DNA of 64,000 nt from an uncultured Desulfosarcina sp. (GCA_963674945.2 CAXXWQ010000003.1:1216001-1280000), one strand, 5' to 3'; positions 30,346 to 41,380 are shown, numbered from the stretch's first letter. Notes: generated by a model not told the origin, from the letters alone. Numbers and translations are program-made.

Positions 30346-30810
30346 TCAGCGCTTCAGTATTTTTGTTATCAACTCACTACGCTCGCGTTCGGATAGGTAA
30401 GGCTTTGTTCTGGCCTCGAAGAGTTTGGCCTCACGGTCTTTTTTTCGTTGTGCCGCCTGTCGGGCCTTGGCGATGAGGTCTTCCAGGTCGCAGGGCTTTT
30501 CAAGATAATCCAAAGCGCCGTGTTTTACCGCTTCGACAGCGGATTGAATCGTTGCCTGCCCCGTAAGCATGATGACCTCCACGAGGGGATGATTCCTTCT
30601 GATCCGCTGGACGGTCTGGATTCCGTCAAGGCCGGGCATTTTCACATCCAGGACCACGACATCGACAATGCCTCCCGTTTCCAACCGGTCCAGGGCCGCT
30701 TGACCTGAAAAAGCGCATTCCACTTCGTAACCCCGTTGCCGAAGGCGTCGGGCAATGGTTTCAATAAAAGCCTGTTCGTCATCAACCAGAAGAAATGATA
30801 TCGGGGTCAT
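30346..30810 (-). CDS. Receiver-domain response regulator
   Basis: LLVDDE, VLDVKMPGLDG, IMLTG, DYLEKP. Confidence 0.9.
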   Translation of the reverse strand: MTPISFLLVDDEQAFIETIARRLRQRGYEVECAFSGQAALDRLETGGIVDVVVLDVKMPGLDGIQTVQRIRRNHPLVEVIMLTGQATIQSAVEAVKHGALDYLEKPCDLEDLIAKARQAAQRKKDREAKLFEARTKPYLSERERSELITKILKR

Positions 30811-31207
30811 CGTCTTGTCCTGATGTTTTCGGGTTTTATCAATTGAAGGTTCGATTCGATCGTGACCGTAGGCGAAAAATACACATTTTACCCTATCGGA
30901 GAAAAATGAAACACGCAACGCCGGTCATCTATTTCGCATTGTAATGCCAACGGCATCGCACCACGGAAGGTCGTTACAGTACGGAACGACAGCACCCAGT
31001 CGACCAAAGTAACGGATTCGACAATCAATTTACTAAATTATCGTTAAAAGTTGCCGATATTGATCCTGAAATACCAAAATAAGAGGCTTCCGGTACGGTT
31101 TCGGGCCAACATGATGAAATATTGTAGCATTTTGCATGTAGCGGCCCCGATTCCCCGTAGCAACGGTTTTTTGATAAAAAAGAGTAAGGATAACAAGGAG
31201 ATGGAAC

Positions 31208-31576
31208 ATGAACATAATCGTAGCTGATGATTCCATGGTCGTTCGTTCGATTGTCACAGGCGCGGTCAAGACACTTGGTCATAGTCCCATTCAGGCCACC
31301 CATGGTGGCGAAGTGCTTGATATTTTAGAAAAAAATGGTGTGTCTATCGGCTTAATCCTGATGGATTGGAATATGCCCACCATGGATGGTTACGAAGCAC
31401 TGAAAGCCATTAAAAGCGACACGCGGTTTTCTTCGATACCGGTGGTTATGTTAACCTCCGAATCCGACGAAGATCGGATCAAAATGGCTTTTGACGCCGG
31501 CGTTGATGGGTATGTCGAAAAGCCCTTCACCCCGGAAGAGTTGGTTGAAAATCTGGAAAAGGTTATAAAATTATAA
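31208..31576 (+). CDS. CheY-like single-domain response regulator
   Basis: VADDS, LMDWNMP, MLT, YVEKPF; AAGGAG RBS. Confidence 0.92.
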   Translation: MNIIVADDSMVVRSIVTGAVKTLGHSPIQATHGGEVLDILEKNGVSIGLILMDWNMPTMDGYEALKAIKSDTRFSSIPVVMLTSESDEDRIKMAFDAGVDGYVEKPFTPEELVENLEKVIKL

Positions 31577-31604
31577 TTCGCTTTGATGAACAGGGAGTAA
31601 TATA

Positions 31605-32438
31605 ATGACCACTGTTTTAGTTAACAATTGCCCCCCCGAAGCTCATCGCCTACTCATGGACGTTCTTCAGGACAGCGCCACCATTATTGAAGAGCCATAT
31701 GATGAGGAAAAAGAAATAACGGGTTACGATTTAGTTATTCTCTATTCCAATGGAGAGAATGACCAGAGCGTATTACCCAAAATCAAAAACCTGCATTCAC
31801 GCACAAAGTTTCGGAATATTCCCATCATCTTGTTGAAAGACAAAGCCGAACAATTCACCGAACAGCCATATATCAACTTTGGGGTCTCCGAATTCATGGC
31901 GATGGATGATCCCCCACCGGTATTTCGGCAAATTCTGCAAGGCTATTTGAATCCCAGTCGACAGCCTCTCGAGGAGGAATTGGTTTACCTGGAGCCGTTT
32001 ATTGAAAGCACGAAAAGAGTCTTCAGCAAAATGGCGGACCTGGAGGCTGAATTCAAAGGCGTATATTTTAAAAACAATTTACGAATTTTAGGAGATGTTT
32101 CCGGAATTATCGGACTTTCGGGAGAGACGGAGGGAACGGTTGTCATAACGTTTCGGTGGAATCTGGCAAAAAAAGTCGTCTCCAAGGTAATGAGAGTAAA
32201 AGAAACCGAAATCAACGCGGAAGCGATTCACGATGGTGTTGGTGAGATCATCAACATGATCAGCGGCGCTGCCAAGAAAACGCTATGCAAGCTTTCATGC
32301 AATTTCCAGCTTTCCATTCCAACGATTATCGTGGGTTGGGGCCATGAAGCGGGGTATCCTGATAATGCAACCATAGCGGTACTGTTGTTTGATGTCGGAG
32401 ATCAATCATTCGTTTTGCACGTATCGCTGTCCTCGTAA
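31605..32438 (+). CDS. CheX-family phosphatase with N-terminal degenerate receiver-like domain
   Basis: DVSGIIGLSG, GVGEIINMISG (ExxN), LSIPTIIVG; N-terminal YDLVILY...NIPIILL receiver-like pattern. Confidence 0.85.
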   Translation: MTTVLVNNCPPEAHRLLMDVLQDSATIIEEPYDEEKEITGYDLVILYSNGENDQSVLPKIKNLHSRTKFRNIPIILLKDKAEQFTEQPYINFGVSEFMAMDDPPPVFRQILQGYLNPSRQPLEEELVYLEPFIESTKRVFSKMADLEAEFKGVYFKNNLRILGDVSGIIGLSGETEGTVVITFRWNLAKKVVSKVMRVKETEINAEAIHDGVGEIINMISGAAKKTLCKLSCNFQLSIPTIIVGWGHEAGYPDNATIAVLLFDVGDQSFVLHVSLSS

Positions 32439-32508
32439 TCGTGATTGAACCTTCGAAATCGATCGTCCCACTACCACTATAGCAAACGTTCTGGAGCATC
32501 CGAGGGGC

Positions 32509-34341
32509 ATGGACAATAAGGGTACTGGCATTCTGCTGATCAATAAGAAACTGGCGTTGCTTGACTTTGCCGTCGATACGCTGAAGGGTGAGAACTACCC
32601 CATCTACACGGCATCGAACATGCGAGATGCATTGGAAACCATTAATCAACAGCCGGTCGGCCTGATTCTCTGTGGCCTGGAATTAGAAGACGTTTCCGGC
32701 GTGCAATTTTTATCGTACCTGAAAAAAGATCCGTTGAGAGAATCCATTCCATTCATCTTTTTCGTGTCCATTGAGAACCAGGGGAAATTGAGCCCGAAGC
32801 GAGTCATTCTAATGGGAGCGGAAGACCTGATCTTTTTTCCCCTCGACAAATCGACGTTGCTCTCCCGTATTCAGGAATTCGTACAACCACCACAACAAAA
32901 CGGCAACGATGATTCGGTGCCGTCTCAACAACGGGACAGCGGACGAAAAGAACCTGTATCCAAGACTGAAGCCAAAAATAAAGCACAAAAAACGGAAACA
33001 AAAACGAGTGCTGTCGCTCCTCCCATCAAACATGAAAATTTTCCCATTCAGGCAAAAGCCTCCAAGGATGGTTTGCTGTGGGTTGACGCCCAAATTACCA
33101 GTTGTGAAACGGGCAGCGCCCATATTCAGACCCTTATGCTGGGAAAACCCGGTGAGGAGATAAAACTCAAGCTCGAACAAGATGGGAGTGATAGCATCGT
33201 TGTTGGACGGATCAAACAGATTGAAATTGAAAACGAAGAAATGCTCGCCCACATTGAAATCGATTTCGATGAAAACAGCGGCTGGTTCCCGTTTTTTTCA
33301 CAATTGTGTGCCATGTCCGATTCGACTTCGGTGGGCAAACGCTTTAGGAAAACACCCCGGGAACAGACCGAAAAAGACAAAACGCCGCCCAAAGGGGACA
33401 AGGACATAACCGACGATATGTGGGCGAAAGGCGTATTGCTTGAGGAAAAAAGCGGCAAGGAACCTGAATTATCGATATCCAAAAACAATCGGAAGGATTT
33501 TGCCGTCATAGGAAAGCGCTTTTATCAAAGCCTGGTCGGCAGAAAAATGGACAATTACGAGGTAGTGTCCTTTATCAGTTCGGGGGCCATGGGAGGCGTT
33601 TTCAAAGGCTTTGATACAGCCCTGGAAAGAGATGTGGCGTTGAAGGTCATTTCTTGGGACCTGGCATCCCAGGAAAAGTTTGTCGAGATGTTTTTTAAAG
33701 AGGCACGTTTTGTTTCCAAACTCAACCATCCGAATATCGCACAGATTTACCATATCGGGAACTCCAATGGAATCGTCTATTATGCCATGGAATTTGTCCG
33801 CGGCTATACTTTTCTCGAACTGAACAAACGCAAACTGCGTTTTGATTTGCGTCAGCTCATCAATTATCTATCCATTGTTTGTCACGCAATGGACTACGTG
33901 TGGGATAATAAAATCATCCACCGGGACCTCAAACCTGCAAATATTATGTTGAAAAGTGATGATACGCTCAAGATCGTGGACTTTGGCGTCGCCAAGTTTG
34001 AGAAAAAAGATAAGAACAAGAAAGAGGCCAAAATCGTGGGCTCGCCCCTGTATTTAAGCCCGGAAGCCATTTGCAATCAGAAAGTCGATCATCGTAGCGA
34101 CATCTACTCATTGGGGGCAACGTTTTATCATATGATTGCCGGCACCCCGCCCTACATGGATATTTCCATGAAAAAAATTTTAGCAAAACACCTGCGAAGC
34201 CCCGTTCCGCAACTCAAAACAAGAGTTCCCGGTGTTCCCGGTTATCTATCTGATCTCATAGAAAAAATGATGGCCAAAAGAGTCAAGGACCGTTTCTCGG
34301 GATATCAAGAGATTATCGAGTGTATTGAAAACTTCCCTTGA
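32509..34341 (+). CDS. Cytoplasmic Hanks-type Ser/Thr kinase with N-terminal pseudo-receiver and possible PilZ-like barrel
   Basis: GAMGGV, VALK, HRDLKPAN, DFG, YLSPE, SDIYSLG; no TM segment seen. Confidence 0.9.
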   Translation: MDNKGTGILLINKKLALLDFAVDTLKGENYPIYTASNMRDALETINQQPVGLILCGLELEDVSGVQFLSYLKKDPLRESIPFIFFVSIENQGKLSPKRVILMGAEDLIFFPLDKSTLLSRIQEFVQPPQQNGNDDSVPSQQRDSGRKEPVSKTEAKNKAQKTETKTSAVAPPIKHENFPIQAKASKDGLLWVDAQITSCETGSAHIQTLMLGKPGEEIKLKLEQDGSDSIVVGRIKQIEIENEEMLAHIEIDFDENSGWFPFFSQLCAMSDSTSVGKRFRKTPREQTEKDKTPPKGDKDITDDMWAKGVLLEEKSGKEPELSISKNNRKDFAVIGKRFYQSLVGRKMDNYEVVSFISSGAMGGVFKGFDTALERDVALKVISWDLASQEKFVEMFFKEARFVSKLNHPNIAQIYHIGNSNGIVYYAMEFVRGYTFLELNKRKLRFDLRQLINYLSIVCHAMDYVWDNKIIHRDLKPANIMLKSDDTLKIVDFGVAKFEKKDKNKKEAKIVGSPLYLSPEAICNQKVDHRSDIYSLGATFYHMIAGTPPYMDISMKKILAKHLRSPVPQLKTRVPGVPGYLSDLIEKMMAKRVKDRFSGYQEIIECIENFP

Positions 34342-34624
34342 CAAGGGAAGGTAACAAGCCGCTGCCGCCGTCTCAACCATCGCCTTTAAATCACTTTCGT
34401 CTTCAGACGATTTCAATATCTATTTCAAACCACAACGATTCGCTTGTCTTTTTGGGTCATGAAGGCAAATGGATCGCTCATTATATCTTTGCAATCAGTA
34501 ATAGCCGATGGACAGCCGTTTTCTTTTCCTGTACACATGGTTTCATGATGTAGCTGTTGTGGAACCGACGCCCAATATTTCGAACATTCCATTCTTTGTT
34601 GCATTCGACTGAACAGGAGCTGCC

Positions 34625-37051
34625 ATGACAACGAAAAACCAAGTTCCCATCGAAGACCTGCGCTGCACGTGTGATCCGTCCATTTTCGAATTCGAAACCA
34701 CGGCGGATATCACCCCGCTGGACCAGGTAATCGGTCAGGAGCGGGCTGTGCGCGCCATTCATTTCGGCCTGGAGATGAAAAGCGCCGGATACAACATCTT
34801 CGTCACCGGCCCGGAGGGAACCGGAAAAACCACCATCGTCCAGGATATCGTCCGAAAAATGGCCAGAGATCTTCCCGCTGGATCGGATTGGTGCATGGTC
34901 AACAACTTCAAGGACGAATATCGGCCCAAGACCATCGCCATTTCCCCAGGCCAGGCCAGCCGGTTTGCCAAAAGCGTCGGCAGGTTGGTCAGTGACCTGA
35001 AAATCCGGCTGAAAAAGGAGTTTCAAGCCGATTCGTTTCGTGAAAAGGTGGTCGAAATTCAGCATCAATACGACCAGCGAAAAAAAGAGCAAATGGCCCA
35101 GATGGACCGCCTTGCCCAGGAAAAACAACTGAAGGTGGAAAAAACGCCGGCAGGATTCCAGACCATCCCCCTGGACGACGGAGTTCCATTCTCCCAGGAA
35201 CGGTTCGAACAACTCACCGATGAAGAACGCAAAACCATCGAAGAGACCGTCAGTTCTTTTCAGGAAAATGTCCAGACCATTTTGCGGGAAGTGAACCGCC
35301 TCGGCCACGCCCAACAGAAAGAGATCCAGCAACTGGCCGAGCAACTGACCCGTTTCATCGTGAAAAGCCGCATGGACCTTGTGCGGGAGAACTATCCGGA
35401 TGAACCGCAAATCCAACCGTTTCTGGAAGAGATGCAAGAAGACCTGGTGGAAAATGTAGCTCTTTTCCTCCCCGGCCAGTCGGAGAAGGACGAAGGCGGC
35501 AATATGGAGAGCGGGGCCATGAAGCAGGCCATTGACCGGTATACGGTCAACGTTCTGGTGGACCGGTCGGGACTGGTTGGAGCGCCGGTCGTGTTCGAAC
35601 CCAACCCCACCTATCGGAACCTCTTCGGACACATCGAAAAGAAAGCCTTCATGGGCACTCTTGTTACCGATTTTACAATGGTCCAGTCCGGGTCCCTGCT
35701 TGAAGCCAACGGCGGATTCCTTATCATGGAGGTGGAGCCATTGCTCACGAGCGCCCATACCTGGGATTCCCTCAAACGTGCGCTGGTCAACAAGATGCTC
35801 AGCATCGAGGATGCAGCCCATGAGACCGGCCTGGGTGCAGCCTCCTTGCGTCCCATACCGATTCCACTGGATGTCAAGGTAATTCTGCTGGGAGGATACG
35901 AGCCGTTCCGGATGCTTCAAAATTACGATTCCAAGTTCAACAAGATCTTCAAAGTTCGGGCGGACTTCGATTACGAAGTGAATCGAACGAACAAAACCAT
36001 TGAGCTCTATGCCCAGTTCATCGCCCGCGTCTGCAAAGATGAAAATTTGCTTCCGTTTACCGCAGACGGTGTGGCAGCGGTTATCGAATTCGGGAAAAAG
36101 GCCATCGACAGCAAAAACAAACTCTCCCTGCGATTCGGCAGTGTCACCGGCGTGATCAAGGAGGCGGACTATTGGGCCAGGAAAGAAAAGGCGGACCGGG
36201 TGAGCGCAGTACACGTAGTCAAAGCATTCACAGAATACCGATACCGCTATAACCTTTACGAGGAAAAAATTCACGAAAGCTACACGGAAGAAACCATCCT
36301 CATCGACGTGTCAGGAGAAGCAGTAGGGCAGGTGAATGCCCTTGCCGTTTATCAGATGGGGGAGATCGCCTTCGGTCGTCCATCCCGCATCACTGCGGAA
36401 ACCTTCATGGGAAAACCCGGCATCATCAACATTGAGCGCGAATCAAAACTGTCGGGCAATACTCACGACAAGGGAGTTTTAATCCTCTCCGGTTACCTGG
36501 GACGGACATTTGCCCAGCGCTACCCCCTGAGCCTCTCCATCAGCCTTACCTTCGAACAGAGCTACAATGGAATCGATGGGGACAGCGCATCCTCCACGGA
36601 ACTGTACGCCATCCTCTCCAGCCTGTCGGGAGTTCCCATTCGTCAGGGAATCGCCGTCACCGGTTCAGTAAACCAGAAGGGACAAGTCCAGGCCATCGGA
36701 GGAGTAAACCAGAAAATCGAAGGTTTTTTCGACGTCTGTCAGAGCAAAGGGCTGACCGGCAGGCAAGGCGTCATGATCCCATCTGCCAACGTGAAGAATC
36801 TGATGCTGAAAAGAAGCGTCCTGGAGGCGGTCCGCAATAAGAAATTCACCATCTGGCAGGTCGCGACCATCGAGGAAGGAATCGAGATCCTGACGGGAAC
36901 GGATGCCGGTACCGCCGACAGCGAAGGCAACTACCCCCCCGACACCTTGTACGGACTCGTTCAGCAGAAACTTCGCACCTACCTGAATCAAAGCTTGGCG
37001 TTGAAACAAAAATGTGTTTCCATTGAATCGGGGGAACCATTTCATCCGTAG
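34625..37051 (+). CDS. Lon-like (LonC/AAA_32-type) protease
   Basis: IGQERA, GPEGTGKT, GQVNAL, DGDSASSTE (catalytic Ser), AIGGVNQKIEGF (catalytic Lys). Confidence 0.93.
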   Translation: MTTKNQVPIEDLRCTCDPSIFEFETTADITPLDQVIGQERAVRAIHFGLEMKSAGYNIFVTGPEGTGKTTIVQDIVRKMARDLPAGSDWCMVNNFKDEYRPKTIAISPGQASRFAKSVGRLVSDLKIRLKKEFQADSFREKVVEIQHQYDQRKKEQMAQMDRLAQEKQLKVEKTPAGFQTIPLDDGVPFSQERFEQLTDEERKTIEETVSSFQENVQTILREVNRLGHAQQKEIQQLAEQLTRFIVKSRMDLVRENYPDEPQIQPFLEEMQEDLVENVALFLPGQSEKDEGGNMESGAMKQAIDRYTVNVLVDRSGLVGAPVVFEPNPTYRNLFGHIEKKAFMGTLVTDFTMVQSGSLLEANGGFLIMEVEPLLTSAHTWDSLKRALVNKMLSIEDAAHETGLGAASLRPIPIPLDVKVILLGGYEPFRMLQNYDSKFNKIFKVRADFDYEVNRTNKTIELYAQFIARVCKDENLLPFTADGVAAVIEFGKKAIDSKNKLSLRFGSVTGVIKEADYWARKEKADRVSAVHVVKAFTEYRYRYNLYEEKIHESYTEETILIDVSGEAVGQVNALAVYQMGEIAFGRPSRITAETFMGKPGIINIERESKLSGNTHDKGVLILSGYLGRTFAQRYPLSLSISLTFEQSYNGIDGDSASSTELYAILSSLSGVPIRQGIAVTGSVNQKGQVQAIGGVNQKIEGFFDVCQSKGLTGRQGVMIPSANVKNLMLKRSVLEAVRNKKFTIWQVATIEEGIEILTGTDAGTADSEGNYPPDTLYGLVQQKLRTYLNQSLALKQKCVSIESGEPFHP

Positions 37052-37116
37052 TGGTTGTCTGGAATATCCCTAAACTGTGCATAGGTCATCGGAAGATACT
37101 CGCGGTCGGAGCCAAA

Positions 37117-38223
37117 ATGAGCTTTCAGCGCAATCGAGTTACTCGTCGGGTGATCACGGACATCAAGAAACGATCGTCCATCGGGATCCTGTTTTATTTC
37201 ATCATATGTGGCCTCGTTCTTCTCCCGGGTGGCTTCCATTCACGACACCCACATTTTTCCCTGCACTTTACCGGGTGGGTCCTCGGCATCGGCATTTTTC
37301 GCATCATCCATCTCATTGTCGCACAATGGATCCCACCCCCCTACGTCCGATTGTCCAACTTGGTTTTTTTGGGTAGCCTGTTGTTGACCTCTCTGATCTG
37401 GGGCATTCTCTTTGCATATTTCATGAATATTCCCGGTGAATACAATTCGGTCCTCCTGATGACCATTTGTACGACGGGGCTCGCCGCAGGGGGGGCAGTG
37501 GCATTCATTCCCAATCTGCTGCTTACCATCTTTTATAACCTGTCCATGCTCCTGCCGGCCAGCTTATGGATGATGCTACACAATATTCACCCGCCCCGGG
37601 TTATGGCAATCTTGATGTTTTCCCTCTATCTGGTGATAATGGCCATTCGGTCCAACCGGGAGTATTGGGATGCACTGGAAAACGAATTTTTGCTGCAGGA
37701 AAAAACGAAGGAGCTGAAAACCCTCAGCCGGATAGATGTTCTCACCGGTCTTTTCAACCGCCGTCATTTCGATGAACGGTTCGCTTATGAATTCAGACGA
37801 TCCATGCGCAATCGTATCCCCGTCACCCTTTTGATCTGCGATATCGATCACTTCAAAAATGTAAACGACACCTATGGCCATCTGGCCGGTGATGAATTCT
37901 TGAAAATGACGGCCGACATCCTGAAAAGCGCCTTCAGGCGCTCGACTGACACCGTCGCCCGATACGGGGGAGAGGAGTTCGTTGTACTCATTCCAAATGA
38001 CAATTCGAAAAGAATTGATAAAAAAGCGGAGCAGGTAAGAAAGAAAGTGTCCGCCACACCCCTTGTGTACAACGGCCAAAAAATCTTTACCACCTTGAGT
38101 ATCGGTATGGCAAGCGCCATCGCCGAGAAACAGGAACAACCAGAAACACTGATTCAAAAGGCGGATGCGGCCCTTTACCATGCAAAGCGGGAGGGCCGTA
38201 ACCGAGTCGTCGTCAACCGGTGA
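37117..38223 (+). CDS. Membrane-bound diguanylate cyclase
   Basis: Several TM helices; DVLTGLFNRR, DIDHFKNVND, RSTD I-site, RYGGEEF. Confidence 0.93.
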   Translation: MSFQRNRVTRRVITDIKKRSSIGILFYFIICGLVLLPGGFHSRHPHFSLHFTGWVLGIGIFRIIHLIVAQWIPPPYVRLSNLVFLGSLLLTSLIWGILFAYFMNIPGEYNSVLLMTICTTGLAAGGAVAFIPNLLLTIFYNLSMLLPASLWMMLHNIHPPRVMAILMFSLYLVIMAIRSNREYWDALENEFLLQEKTKELKTLSRIDVLTGLFNRRHFDERFAYEFRRSMRNRIPVTLLICDIDHFKNVNDTYGHLAGDEFLKMTADILKSAFRRSTDTVARYGGEEFVVLIPNDNSKRIDKKAEQVRKKVSATPLVYNGQKIFTTLSIGMASAIAEKQEQPETLIQKADAALYHAKREGRNRVVVNR

Positions 38224-38307
38224 GCACCTCTTTTTACCAAATCACTGACCATCCGAAGAGCAAATGGTTTGATGAAGCCCCCTCGAAATGGATTAAAAAC
38301 AGATCGG

Positions 38308-38483
38308 TGAACGTCGAACACTGAACGTCCAACTTCGAACATCGAATAAGGAATTCTGTCTTTTTTCATACTGTAATCCTTCTTCACTATCGGCAACAAA
38401 TGAAACAAGATATTTTTAAATGACGAAGCGAAGCGATCTCATCATTCGACGTTGGACGTTGGACGTTCGATGTTCGATGTTCA
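38308..38483. repeat. Inverted pair of heptamer (TCGAACA/G) repeat arrays between convergent genes
   Basis: TGAACGTCGAACACTGAACGTCCAACTTCGAACATCGAAT at 38308 and reverse-complement array ATTCGACGTTGGACGTTGGACGTTCGATGTTCGATGTTCA at 38444. Confidence 0.85.
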
Positions 38484-38504
38484 ATCTTCGATGTCCGTAG
38501 AATC

Positions 38505-39620
38505 CTATGCATCCTCACTGCCGGTGGTGTCGGGCATCTCCAACTGTTTTCTCCGCAGGACGAATCCCGTATCGGGCAAAACGTCCGCAAAAGCATGGCC
38601 GTAAATTTCCCATATGGTTACGAAAAGAGCTGCGATGATGGGACCGATGATCACGCCGACGATGCCGAACATGAAGATTCCTCCCAGCGTACCGAAAAAG
38701 ATCATCAGTTCATGCATCTGGGTGTCTTTTCCCACCAATACGGGACGAAGCAGATTGTCCACGCTGCCAACGACAATGGCGCAAAATAGGAAGAGCCCGA
38801 TCCCCTTTCCGACTTGGCCGCTGACGGCCAGGACGATTGCAGTCGGGCCCCAAACGATGGCTGTTCCGACGCTGGGAATGACCGAAAGCACCACCATGAC
38901 CACGCCCCAGAAGGTCGCGCTGGGAATCCCGACCACCCAGAAGGCAATTCCGGCCAGACCTCCCTGGAGGACTCCGATCACCGCACTCCCCTTCAAGGTG
39001 GCGCGGGTGACGGAAGTAAACCGATCCAGCATCTGCTGCTCCTCTTGGTCCTCCAAAGGAAGGTAATAGAGGATTTTCTCGAGCAGTCTCTCCCCATCCA
39101 TGAGAAAAAAATACATGGTATACAGCCAGACGCCTACGATGAAAAGAAAATTGATGGCACCTTTGGTGACCGATGAGAGATTGTTGACCAAAAAATGACT
39201 GATAAAGCCGATCGCCTCGCCGGCTTTTTTCAGGATCAATTCCCTATGCTCCATGATATTGTCGTAAAAAGGCATGTTCTGCAAGAGATCGGTAACGACA
39301 CCTGGCTGTTCCAATTGGGCCCGGACCCACGGCATGGAGGTCTGGCTCAATTTGATGGCCTGCCCGGTCACCACGCCCGCCAGAATGCCCAACGGTACCA
39401 ACACGACGATGCAGATCAGCAGCAGGGTCGCCACGGATGCAAGGCTTTGCCGTCCCTTGAATACCAGTTGGAGCCTCAGGTAAACGGGCCGTGACAAGGC
39501 AGAGAAGATGCCGGCCAAAAAGATGGCCATCAGAAAGGAGCGGATCATGGACAGAAAAATGGCCGATATAAAAATGACCAACAGGATGACCACGAGTTTA
39601 TTAACCCTGTCCGTTTGCAT
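38505..39620 (-). CDS. AI-2E family transporter
   Basis: Multi-TM; GVLQGGLAG, VDNLLRPVLVG, GTLGG...GVIIGPII. Confidence 0.92.
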   Translation of the reverse strand: MQTDRVNKLVVILLVIFISAIFLSMIRSFLMAIFLAGIFSALSRPVYLRLQLVFKGRQSLASVATLLLICIVVLVPLGILAGVVTGQAIKLSQTSMPWVRAQLEQPGVVTDLLQNMPFYDNIMEHRELILKKAGEAIGFISHFLVNNLSSVTKGAINFLFIVGVWLYTMYFFLMDGERLLEKILYYLPLEDQEEQQMLDRFTSVTRATLKGSAVIGVLQGGLAGIAFWVVGIPSATFWGVVMVVLSVIPSVGTAIVWGPTAIVLAVSGQVGKGIGLFLFCAIVVGSVDNLLRPVLVGKDTQMHELMIFFGTLGGIFMFGIVGVIIGPIIAALFVTIWEIYGHAFADVLPDTGFVLRRKQLEMPDTTGSEDA

Positions 39621-39723
39621 GGCTTTGGCTCCGATTCGTTTTATTATTCGCTTATTCGGCTTGGTTGGCTGATTGTACCGTATCTTCTTTCGTTGCACAA
39701 ATTCGTTTTACGCACCGTTGTTG

Positions 39724-40146
39724 TCAACGGTGCAGTACCGCCATTGTTACCCTCGAAATACAGGTTCTTTTCTCTTTGTCGTCAAACATATGGACCTCCC
39801 AGACCTGGGTCGTCTTTCCCAGGTGAATCGGCTTACACAATCCGGTGACCTTTCCCGAACGGACGGACCGGATATGGTTGGCATTGATTTCCAGTCCAAC
39901 ACAATAGTGGGTCCCCGAATCCACGCAACAGTTGGCTCCGGTGCTGGCCAGCGTTTCTGCCAGAACAACCGAGGCCCCTCCGTGCAAAATCCCGAAAGGT
40001 TGATGGGTGCGATGATCCACCGGCATGACGGCTTTTAAAAAATCTTCCCCAATTTCAATGAAGGTAATGCCCAAATGGGAAACCAGGGTATTTTCTCCGA
40101 ATTGGTTGACCATGTCCAATTCAGGCTTTATAAACCACATGCTCAT
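39724..40146 (-). CDS. Hotdog-fold thioesterase (MenI/YdiI-like)
   Basis: QPFGILHGGASVVLAETLAS, VGLEINANH. Confidence 0.92.
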   Translation of the reverse strand: MSMWFIKPELDMVNQFGENTLVSHLGITFIEIGEDFLKAVMPVDHRTHQPFGILHGGASVVLAETLASTGANCCVDSGTHYCVGLEINANHIRSVRSGKVTGLCKPIHLGKTTQVWEVHMFDDKEKRTCISRVTMAVLHR

Positions 40147-40450
40147 AATTTATCACTCCTGTTTTGTCAGCGGCAGACTGCCGAAATCTTCAACGAATCG
40201 GTTATCACAAAAGGGCCGAAAAAGCGATTGCCCTTGAAAAAGGTATTGAAATAATCAATCAAAAGCTTTCGTGCAATATAAAATAACGATTTGCTATTAC
40301 ATTGCAAAGCGGTCATATAATTATTTGGTTTTTGAACTTATGTGCAAATCATGCTTTCCCTGCAATATGATGCCGTTGATAAAGGGATCAGGGAAACCGA
40401 ACAAAAGGAGTCGGGACGGAAATGCGTTGAAATGATAACAGGAGAAGACC

Positions 40451-41380
40451 ATGATGAAAACCGTAGTCCGAAAAGATGGGGGAAAAGGTAGAAGAGGTAA
40501 AAAAGAATTTTTATTGGCAATCGGCATCGTATGTGCCGTCGTCTCCCTGTGCATGGCTGTGCCCTCACATGCCCAGGACATTCTCGAAAAAATCGAGCAG
40601 ACGGGCCAAGTGACCATGGGGTTTCGGGAAGGTTCGGTTCCCTTTGGCTACATGAATGAAAAGGGTGAATGGGTGGGCTTCGGCCTCGATCTCGGGTATG
40701 AAATCGCTGCTGCGCTGAACGAAAAGTTCGGCAAAACAATCGAACTGGTAAAAAAACCGATTAACCCCAAGACCCGTATCCCTCTTGTTATCAACGGTAC
40801 GGTCGATATCGGCATCGGATCAACCACGATTACATTGGCAAGAGAAGAAGTGGTCGATTTCAGTCTTCCCTATTTTCTCACCGGCACGCGGCTGTTGGTC
40901 CCCAAGGACAGCACCATAGAAGACTTTTCCGATCTGGCAGGAAAACGGGTCGGCATGGGCAGCGGATCCACCGCCAATATAAAAGGCATCGACAAGGCCA
41001 TGGCCTCCGGTATAATCAAACCCGCCTGTGAAAAAGTGCTTTTTGAGGAACACAACAAAGGATTTCTGGCCCTCCAGCAGGGTAAAATCCATGCTTATTT
41101 CACGGATGCCAGCATTTTGGCCGGCATGCAGGCCAAAGCGAAAAATCCCGGCGACTGGAAAATCGTCGGTCAATACCTGACCTATGAACCCTATGGCATC
41201 ATTCTCCCGGAAAATCAGGGAGAGTGGCGTGATTTCGTGAATGCCGTTCTTATCAGAACCATCAAAAGCGGTCGGTTTGAACAGATCTACGACAAATGGT
41301 TCGGTCCCAAGGGTGAAGTACCGCTGCCCATGAGCACGGAATACAAGACCTTGCTGCAGGCGTTGAGCTATCCGGACTAA
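40451..41380 (+). CDS. Polar amino-acid ABC transporter substrate-binding protein (GltI-like)
   Basis: Signal peptide; GFREGSVPF, TRIPLVINGTVD, STTITLAREEVVDFS, EPYGI. Confidence 0.92.
   Translation: MMKTVVRKDGGKGRRGKKEFLLAIGIVCAVVSLCMAVPSHAQDILEKIEQTGQVTMGFREGSVPFGYMNEKGEWVGFGLDLGYEIAAALNEKFGKTIELVKKPINPKTRIPLVINGTVDIGIGSTTITLAREEVVDFSLPYFLTGTRLLVPKDSTIEDFSDLAGKRVGMGSGSTANIKGIDKAMASGIIKPACEKVLFEEHNKGFLALQQGKIHAYFTDASILAGMQAKAKNPGDWKIVGQYLTYEPYGIILPENQGEWRDFVNAVLIRTIKSGRFEQIYDKWFGPKGEVPLPMSTEYKTLLQALSYPD

Noticed and set aside
34481..36274. 597-aa ORF antisense to the Lon-like protease
   Set aside because: Fully overlaps a motif-supported gene on the other strand and has no recognisable motifs; typical shadow ORF
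38308..38483. Heptamer arrays and the 22-bp duplication at 26918 as CRISPR
   Set aside because: No unique spacers, wrong periodicity and no cas genes
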